Assembly (NCBI GenBank): GCA_963709405.1
Contig: CAVPXM010000038.1
Span: forward strand, 1 to 64,000
DNA length: 64,000 nucleotides
Reading direction: 5' to 3'
From: an uncultured Nitrososphaerales archaeon
GTDB lineage: Archaea; Thermoproteota; Nitrososphaeria; Nitrososphaerales; Nitrososphaeraceae
Under the pieces are notes generated by a model. It had not been told where the DNA came from, ran no database searches, and was given only the letters and a program-made list of their open reading frames with translations. This document shows positions 56,731 through 64,000 of the stretch, piece by piece. The stretch's first letter is position 1, and every line of letters begins with the position of its first letter. The position numbers and the translations under genes were made by a program.

Positions 56731-57384
56731 ATGTTAGAAACTAACCCACTGAGAATACCCGTCGTCGTAGGTTTTTTTACAGATCTACAGAGAAAAATAG
56801 TTAAGCACGTGGGAACTAACAACAACGCAAGTTACAGGACATTAATTCAAGATATCGGGAAAGATCGAATAACAATTATGCAGTGCTTAAATTCTTTGAT
56901 GGAGTGGCGGTATATTGACAAAAAAAAGGTCAAACCAGAATTTGAAAAAAGCAAGCTGATCTTTTCGTTAACATCTAAGGGAATCGCAGCAGCATGCCTT
57001 AGAAAAGTTATAACTCTAGATGAGATAGCCAAAAATATTAATGGAAAGGACAAGATTACCAAATATGTAAAATTTGTCTATCAAACGTTTAATTCTTCAA
57101 ACCGCAATCTGATGATAGAGCCGCTATTTCGAAAACTCGATAAAACATATGCAGGTTATGAGCCTGGATCTGATGAAGAAAAGAATATAGTAAGAGATTG
57201 TTTTCTCAGAGGCATCGTGGATCTATGCTTTGATGACAATTTTAACGTAAGCAGATTGTTTAATAATAAAGGTATCAAATTGCTAGAGGAATTATATTCG
57301 TCAGAGGAGCTTAAAGAAATGAAGAAATTCTTGGTAAAAGGAAGGGACAACATCAGTTCAACTATTGAAAAGTTTCCAGATTAG
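56731..57384 (+). CDS. MarR-like winged-helix protein, putative element repressor
   Basis: TDLQRKIV...YRTLIQDIGKDRITIMQCLNSLMEWRYI...FSLTSKG; likely ATG at 56731. Confidence 0.7.
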   Translation: MLETNPLRIPVVVGFFTDLQRKIVKHVGTNNNASYRTLIQDIGKDRITIMQCLNSLMEWRYIDKKKVKPEFEKSKLIFSLTSKGIAAACLRKVITLDEIAKNINGKDKITKYVKFVYQTFNSSNRNLMIEPLFRKLDKTYAGYEPGSDEEKNIVRDCFLRGIVDLCFDDNFNVSRLFNNKGIKLLEELYSSEELKEMKKFLVKGRDNISSTIEKFPD

Positions 57385-58561
57385 TAGTGGCCTGTGAAAT
57401 CTGTACCAATTTTGAAGGATTCTTTAATAATTGCTGCATATCCGATATTGCGTTCTTAAGCAGCTGAATGTCTGTATCGTATTTTTCTCTCAATGTATGT
57501 ATCTCCTGGTCTTTCTCCTGTAATTTTGCCTCAATGTTCTTACCTGTCGCTTCTAAGGTTGTATAGTCCAAGAACGTTAAATACTTCATGCATTTGGTTG
57601 TATAGATTACCCTTTTTTCTGATTCCTTTATCGTATAGTAAGGCGATTTAGAATGTCCTAAAAACCATTCAGAGTAATCTTGGTTAACCTGGTTACTTAT
57701 TACACTTTTACAAAACCTTCTCAAAGAATGTAACGTAATTTTCCTTCTTTGCATTCCTTCTTTTCTTTCAGCCATTCCTACGATTGTAAGTAACTTTTCA
57801 AACTCTACCATTACTTTGATGTACAAGTAATTAGGATTGGGCTCATTTCTTATTGTATAGGTACTAAATACCAAGTCGTCTGGCATTGGTATTTTAGTTC
57901 GGCTATCACCCTTATCCCGATACTTCCAATTAATCCATTCCTTTAGATATTTACTTGCTTCATCCGATATGTAAATCTCCCGGGAGATTTTAGTTTTGAC
58001 GTACTCTTTACGAATATGGATCTTTGCAGGACTAATTGAAAAGTCGATATCTCTCAGTCTGATTGCAAGAGCTTCTACCGCTCTTAGTCCTCCACTTGCT
58101 AGAACTAAAAGATATCCCTTTAACCTTCTATTATTACATGATAGCAATAATTTTCTGATATCTGACACATCTAACGGCTCCTCATCTTCATGATAAATCT
58201 TCGGCATCTTGATTTTTCTTTTAAATTTTGAAGGTATAACATCTATATCATAATAAGCAAAATACGATTTGAGTCCAGTTAAGTATAGCCTAACACTACG
58301 TATCGAAAGCTTTCTATTGATCAAAAATGAAATAAAGTTATCTAATATCTCATAGACGCTAATCTCTGATTTCTGAAGTGGTTCCAAGATTGTTTCAGTA
58401 GTATATTCTGGATACTTAACAGTTAGGAAATTATGAAAATGTGTGATGCTGTTAAGATAAGAACTTTTTGAATTTTTGCTGTTACGTGCTATACTTCGTA
58501 AAAAGGAATTCACTTTGGCAGTTTGATATATCTGCTGACGTACGGAGCTATCTTTTGCCAA
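57362..58561 (-). CDS. tyrosine integrase
   Basis: GGLRAVEA (R), ITLHSLRRF (HxxR), FLGH, PYY; C-terminal coiled coil. Confidence 0.92.
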   Translation of the reverse strand: MAKDSSVRQQIYQTAKVNSFLRSIARNSKNSKSSYLNSITHFHNFLTVKYPEYTTETILEPLQKSEISVYEILDNFISFLINRKLSIRSVRLYLTGLKSYFAYYDIDVIPSKFKRKIKMPKIYHEDEEPLDVSDIRKLLLSCNNRRLKGYLLVLASGGLRAVEALAIRLRDIDFSISPAKIHIRKEYVKTKISREIYISDEASKYLKEWINWKYRDKGDSRTKIPMPDDLVFSTYTIRNEPNPNYLYIKVMVEFEKLLTIVGMAERKEGMQRRKITLHSLRRFCKSVISNQVNQDYSEWFLGHSKSPYYTIKESEKRVIYTTKCMKYLTFLDYTTLEATGKNIEAKLQEKDQEIHTLREKYDTDIQLLKNAISDMQQLLKNPSKLVQISQATTNLETFQ

Positions 58562-58597
58562 AATCTTATATATCTCCCAAGAAATGATATATTAACT

Positions 58598-59149
58598 TTG
58601 TTGGTTGGTATAATATCAGATACCCATGACGATATCGAGAATACGGTACATGCTATAGATTTGTTCAATGTCTATGAAGTTGACTACGTAATTCACGCTG
58701 GAGATTATGTCTTCCCAGGCATAGTCAGGGAGTTTGAAAAGTTGAAAGCAAAATTTGTCGGCGTTCTAGGGAATAATGATGGTGAGAGGATGCATCTATT
58801 AAAGAACTTCTTAGACATCAAAGGAGATTTGAAGGGCGAGTTGGGTGAACTAGAAATAGATGGAATACGCTTCGGCGTATATCATGGAACGGTAGGAGAG
58901 ATCAAGAATCAGCTTGTTAGTTCCGGCAGATATGATATCCTTATCTGTGGACATACCCATAAGATAGAACTGCCAACTAGGAAATTAACAGAAAGACATA
59001 CAAGTGATGATCTAAGAAGCTCAACTCTTGTTCTAAATCCTGGAACAGCTCATAAAAAAGTTCAAAGCATTTCCGGTGCTTTTAATGAGGGTGGGATTAT
59101 AATTTTTCAAACGCGAACTTACGATTATGAGTTTATTAATTTGCCCTGA
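58598..59149 (+). CDS. YfcE/MJ0936-family metallophosphoesterase
   Basis: SDTH, HAGD, GNND, YHG, GHTH, NPG; likely start TTG 58598. Confidence 0.9.
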   Translation: MLVGIISDTHDDIENTVHAIDLFNVYEVDYVIHAGDYVFPGIVREFEKLKAKFVGVLGNNDGERMHLLKNFLDIKGDLKGELGELEIDGIRFGVYHGTVGEIKNQLVSSGRYDILICGHTHKIELPTRKLTERHTSDDLRSSTLVLNPGTAHKKVQSISGAFNEGGIIIFQTRTYDYEFINLP

Positions 59150-59755
59150 AATTCGTAATTGAGCAGTAGCCTAACTTCCAGTTTTTTTGAGATAATGTTA
59201 CTTCCGGTGAATATATATTCCGACTAATATTTCATATTCATCGAAAGTGCAGTTTCCTGTTTCATATGTGTTAATGCCTTCGCATAGCCACTGGGATCAC
59301 TTCCCACTAGATGACCCTGATTAAATTTCATACGATTAGTACTAATAGATCGTCTCGTGTGATCATAATTTGGATGATGTATGGCTAGTAGACTACAGTT
59401 TTCTTAAGGCATTCGATTTCACTAGTAGTTTATTATGTAGAAATGTGAAACGATAACTACCACGATGTAGTGTTCACTGATACAGAGGATTATTTAGTTA
59501 CACTTGTTTCTCAGTTGTGGCAAGGTGGAGACTAGTGTTACCCCTTCGCAGACTCTGAGATTGAACCAGACATTCGTTAAGGATGACATACAGGGTGAAG
59601 CATTAACAAACTGGAAAAGAGTGAGGAACAGTTAGATTTTATTTTTCGCTAATTGTCTGGTATTGGCTTATGCAAACGAGGATGATTTTAAGTTTAACGT
59701 TACCAGTATTGTAAACAAATTATTATTTTTGAATATTGGTCAATGTGAACTTTTT

Positions 59756-60322
59756 TCATCCAAGTTCTTTATGTCTAAAGCAACTAAGAATATGATCATT
59801 TACCATTCCAATTGCTTGCATCATAGAGTAGCAAATAACAGATCCTACAAAAATAAAACCCCTTTTCTTGAGATCGTTGCTCAATAGATCAGAAGTTTGT
59901 GTTCTCGAAGGAACTTCAGTCCAGCTTTTCCAATTATTTTGTTTCGGGTTTCCGTCAACGAAGCTCCACAGATATGAGTCGAAGCTACCAAAATCCTTTT
60001 GTACCCTAATGAATGCGTTGGCATTTTTTACAACGGATTGAATTTTTGATCTGTTTCTTATTATTAATGGATTTGTAACGAGTTGTTGGAGCTTTTCTTC
60101 GTCATATAAGGCAATCTTGTGAACATCAAAATTGTCAAACGCTTTTCTGTATCCTTCCCTTTTTCTAAGTATCATTGACCAATTTAAACCGGCCTGTGCT
60201 GACTCGAGTACCAAGAATTCAAAAAGCTTATTGTCATCATGAACTGGAACAGCCCATTCATTATCGTGATACTCGATATCAATTGGATTGCCAATCTCAG
60301 CCCATTTGCATCGAACTTTCAT
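59756..60322 (-). CDS. tag: DNA-3-methyladenine glycosylase I
   Basis: RCKW, YHDNEW, LESAQAGLNW, IIRNRSKI, GMVNDH..SC. Confidence 0.95.
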   Translation of the reverse strand: MKVRCKWAEIGNPIDIEYHDNEWAVPVHDDNKLFEFLVLESAQAGLNWSMILRKREGYRKAFDNFDVHKIALYDEEKLQQLVTNPLIIRNRSKIQSVVKNANAFIRVQKDFGSFDSYLWSFVDGNPKQNNWKSWTEVPSRTQTSDLLSNDLKKRGFIFVGSVICYSMMQAIGMVNDHILSCFRHKELG

Positions 60323-60737
60323 CTGCTTATAGTTAATAGATCAGTGATCATGGAGGTATAAAGTGATGTGCTTAATTTCTTTCACTTTTCTCACCACCGT
60401 TCCATGCTAGAGAGTGGCGAGGGCATAACAGATCCTTCCACGGTCAAGATATAGAATATACAATGTCTGTAATCATTTGTGATTAAGGCAATATCGGTCC
60501 CTTCATTTCAATACTATTAAATTTAGGAGAACATGTAGCTGCGATGCGTTGGAAGCCGGCTATGTTCTAATCTGATTCTTGCTGCAATAATCATAAGTTT
60601 TGATATAAAAATTGACCTATTTGTTTAATTTGGTCGAAAAGTCGCTAGCTACATTCGCCGGGTATTGAGACCAGACTAATCCTACAAGCCAAGCTTCTAA
60701 TTGTAATCCAATCTAATCTGACCTACTTTTAAAGAAT

Positions 60738-60896
60738 TCATTTTTGGTATTTAATTTCCTCTACTTCATATGAATCATCAAGTTGTTTGAATACGAAAAC
60801 ATTGCAAACTCTGCACTGGTATTGTTTCACTGGGCGATCATGACAAATAGACCCATTTAACCACACCATAAGTGAGCCGCAAAGCGGACAGTTCAT
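60738..60896 (-). CDS. small Zn-ribbon protein (52 aa)
   Basis: MNCPLCGSLM...YQCRVC...; below the ORF-track cutoff. Confidence 0.6.
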   Translation of the reverse strand: MNCPLCGSLMVWLNGSICHDRPVKQYQCRVCNVFVFKQLDDSYEVEEIKYQK

Positions 60897-61186
60897 AGTC
60901 ATCTAGAAAACTAAGCGATAGTTAGTATGTATTAATATTTCGTTAGGACTATCAAAAATATTACTCATGAAGAATGCATTTTGGATCAATTGTAACTCTT
61001 ACTAATAGGATGCCGCAAATCGATCAGATTTCATTAATACAATTAGAGTAAAAAAACAATCCACGTTTCAGATTTCCTACAAACGAGCCATTTAGAATCT
61101 CAGATATATATCAAGATATGACGAGCCCACGTCTAGAATTTAGCAGTAAATGAGATTTGTTGTCGAGCGAATGCCGATTTACTTTA

Positions 61187-61510
61187 CTAAACTGGTAGGG
61201 AGAGTTTGCCACAATATTCTTCTAGTTTTACATCCATCTTGATTCTGGAAATAATATTATTCTTGTCTTCCTCAGTAAACCACTGAGAAATCGATTTTGC
61301 GATTCCGTTTTTATCACATATTGCTATTAAATAACCATTTGTTTCCTTTTTTACGGCAATCAAGTTTTCTTCACCTACAGGTTCCCATATGTTATCTTTG
61401 TTATCCTTCAAAGCTAATGCAGGCAATGCATGACCAGCATACGAATTCAAGAGTTCCTGTGCTGCTCTGACACGTTTTTCACCGATTTTCAATGCTGTGA
61501 AATATAACAT
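61187..61510 (-). CDS. conserved hypothetical protein
   Basis: 107 aa; co-oriented 12 bp downstream of the HD gene. Confidence 0.65.
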   Translation of the reverse strand: MLYFTALKIGEKRVRAAQELLNSYAGHALPALALKDNKDNIWEPVGEENLIAVKKETNGYLIAICDKNGIAKSISQWFTEEDKNNIISRIKMDVKLEEYCGKLSLPV

Positions 61511-61522
61511 ATGTATTCTATC

Positions 61523-62083
61523 CTAAGATGGTGATTTTAAAGTATTTAAGATATCTAGCATAATGGGAAAGGTGTTGTATGACTTTAAGGTCTTCTTAGA
61601 TGAGAGCAAGAACTGGGCAAGTAGAGCTTTAGGATAGTCCGCCTCATACTTCTTAGCTTGTAATGCCAATTCAAACCTATCAACCATATGTACAAAATTT
61701 GCAGCACTAGTTCTGTTTTGCATGTATTCCTCCCAGATTTTTTTGTACTTTAGACGAATCGGCTTTGGTATGGACTGCAATATCATGTCCATAGCGTTCT
61801 GTTCTAGGTTGCGTTTTAGTTTCTTTCCGATCTCATTTGGCAAGTAGTCGCCAATTACAGATTCAACCAAGTCATGGAGAATTGCCATCTTGAGGATCTT
61901 TTCTGTTTCCAATTCCAACATATCCGACAAAACCATACCTACAAGACATACGGAATAAGAATGGTCTGCGACTGATTCAGGATCATTCACTCCTATCTTT
62001 TTCACCCACCCAGCCCGTTTAACAGACTTTAGTTTCAGGCCATATTGGAAAAAATTATTCAGATCAGACAGCATAATTTTCAT
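61523..62083 (-). CDS. HD-domain hydrolase (YfbR/HDDC2-like)
   Basis: LKSVKRAGW, ESVADHS, LHDLVES..GD. Confidence 0.9.
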   Translation of the reverse strand: MKIMLSDLNNFFQYGLKLKSVKRAGWVKKIGVNDPESVADHSYSVCLVGMVLSDMLELETEKILKMAILHDLVESVIGDYLPNEIGKKLKRNLEQNAMDMILQSIPKPIRLKYKKIWEEYMQNRTSAANFVHMVDRFELALQAKKYEADYPKALLAQFLLSSKKTLKSYNTFPIMLDILNTLKSPS

Positions 62084-62259
62084 CTTCTGATTGCTTCATT
62101 TAAAGACAGAAGAATAAGTACGAGTTTCAGGCTCAATTACACCAATTTTCAGATTCGAATCAATGGCTCGAATAGGACAACGAATAGAATTATGCATGTA
62201 TTACAGCGTATCATAGTATCACGTACAGTGGTTATCAACTCCAACACTCTTTGAGGTTA

Positions 62260-62851
62260 CTAATCTGTAATTCCTTCCCATGCTATGTCCGATATTCCAT
62301 AGCGACGATTTACGGTTCTCGCGATGACAAAGAGGAGGTCGGATAGTCTGTTTAAATAAGTAAGAATGCAAGGATTCACATTTTCTCCTTGGGAGAGAGT
62401 AACTACAGCAATTTCAGATCTCCGTGCAACAGTCCTGTTAACATGAAGTGATGAGCTTTCTAAACTTCCCCCAGGAAGTAAAAAGAAGGTAATCGTAGGC
62501 AAAGCTCGCTTCAAATTTATCAATAGTAGATTCTAAAAACGATGTCATGGTTGTCTCCGCACGGGGAGTTTTGTCGCGTGTTCCGGCGTAAGTTTTTTGG
62601 ACATCGTAAGAAGGATCTGCTAGATCCGCCCCAATGATAAAAAGATCATTTTGTATCTTTGTCAAAACATTTACTATATCCATGAAAATGTTCTTTGCAT
62701 TCCGTCGCATCAATGAGATAGTGACACCTAAATTGGAATTCAGCTCATCTATAGACCCATAAGCGATAATTCTTTGATTGTTTTTTAAAACTCGTTTTCC
62801 ACCAATTAGACCAGTTTCGCCTTTATCGCCAGTCTTAGTATATATTTTCAT
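62260..62851 (-). CDS. pduO: PduO-type cob(I)alamin adenosyltransferase (frameshift ~62505)
   Basis: IYTKTGDKGET, YGSIDELNS, IQNDLF; FLLPGG, RTVARRSE, YLNRLSDLLF. Confidence 0.9.
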
Positions 62852-62950
62852 GATTAGTTGTATCTAAATATCCAAAGTTGAGCAAATCATTTAAAATGAT
62901 CGGTGTTTATCTCTTTCAAATAGTCGAATCATAGAAAGGAAAGGTAGGCT

Positions 62951-63112
62951 TCAATACGAATGAACTTCAGATTTGTGTTCGCGCAAATATTTTTTTTTCT
63001 TGAATCTCTCATTACATTTTTCACATTTGAACGGTCTCTCAAACTCTAACAAAAAACGCTCTTTTCTTTCTTCTGTGCTCTCTATAATTTGATCAGATTT
63101 AAAATCAACCAT
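62951..63112 (-). CDS. C2H2 zinc-finger protein
   Basis: PFKCEKCNERF.....LREHKSEVH; likely ATG at 63112. Confidence 0.8.
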   Translation of the reverse strand: MVDFKSDQIIESTEERKERFLLEFERPFKCEKCNERFKKKKYLREHKSEVHSY

Positions 63113-64000
63113 TTTGTTATTACCAATTCCGATATGAAAACCTTTTTTTGGTTTATTTGCCTTAAGGAACATAATTATCCTAAAATTATTATTCAGAATC
63201 ATCTAACTAAGTTTTAACCCCTAAAAATTCTTGGGTTATCGCCATGATTATGGTTCTGGTCTGTTTGATTGTCACAGTATACTTATCTAATGCAAAAATT
63301 TTCCTATCGCACATGGTTCCACCTCTAAGTGTAAACCCCATTGCTAATAAGTTGATGACATATAATAATACCGTTCGTTCAGACGTTCAAGGCTGGAAAG
63401 ATAAATAATGTATGATCCAAATAGATAAAGATCAGATATCATTAGCTGAATGAATCAAAAAGAAAAAGCAACGTTTGAATATGACATAAGAAGTGGTGGA
63501 ATTTGCAGCATTTCACGGTCACATTATTGCTCATCGGGTAAATCTTGCATCGTCTCATATAATCTAAATCAATCTGATTTTCATGATTTTCAATTGTTAT
63601 AGGTTGTTTTAAAGTTATGGTTCTCTGCTGTCAGATATCGCAATACTAGCTTAATCCATGTGAACTTCTATCCAGGTGCTTCTCGTTACTAGATATTCTA
63701 TTTTCACGGATATTTTACATTCTTGATTAGATAGATAGGTCAACTTTTTACTTTCTATTTTCTGTATCTGTCTCTCATGTGATGATACTTTATAGAAACA
63801 CGTTGGATACGCTAGCGAAAGCCATTGATCCCTATCTTAAACCTTTTTTCACAAGACCTGAGGATCTATTTGTGTTAGTCTTTCAATAGATAAGTCTAGC
63901 ATATCCTCAACTGCTTGAAAATCGTTTTAGTGTGTAGTGGCAATCATCCATTGAAGTTGATGAAAATACTGGACATCTATGATCATAGGCTGATTATCCA

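Larger units (their letters stand above)
53146..58561 (-). mobile_element. integrated plasmid/provirus-like element, left end probably truncated
   Basis: Integrase, divergent regulator pair, and a tightly coupled operon (ATGA-type overlaps) ending in a P-loop NTPase. Confidence 0.75.

Noticed and set aside
56641-56825. Overlapping long N-termini of ORFs 56478..56825 and 56641..57384
   Set aside because: These extensions cross the operator/TATA region; the ATGs at 56666 and 56731 fit better.
63600-64000. Partial gene at the window end
   Set aside because: No sustained open frame or recognisable motif.

Overview
An AT-rich archaeal window. The gene content (SelD-like protein, MBF1, NAC, Rpc34/TFE-beta-like, DUF6659-like proteins, sat/cysH, PduO) is most consistent with a soil ammonia-oxidising archaeon of the Nitrososphaeraceae; this is inferred from family recognition, not a database search. 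About 14-33 kb and 58.6-63.2 kb look like core chromosome. About 1-13 kb and 34-58.5 kb are accessory mosaics of IS5, IS630, IS6 and IS481 elements, two tyrosine integrases, a PriS-PriX-like primase, a ParB-methyltransferase remnant, and a divergent FRG-domain / RelA-SpoT-domain pair. The most notable signals are: (i) an integrated element at 53.1-58.6 kb with a TOPRIM protein and P-loop NTPase operon, apparently controlled by a phage-like divergent switch with two 21-bp palindromes around one TATA box; (ii) a GC-rich non-coding 67-bp tandem array at 13.3-13.6 kb preceded by a run of hairpins; (iii) two IS481 copies sharing an ATTAGT target duplication and an apparent ATA start codon; (iv) a 36-bp direct repeat bracketing metabolic cargo genes. 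Many genes carry single frameshifts, some probably sequencing or assembly indels. No tRNA, rRNA or CRISPR array was seen.
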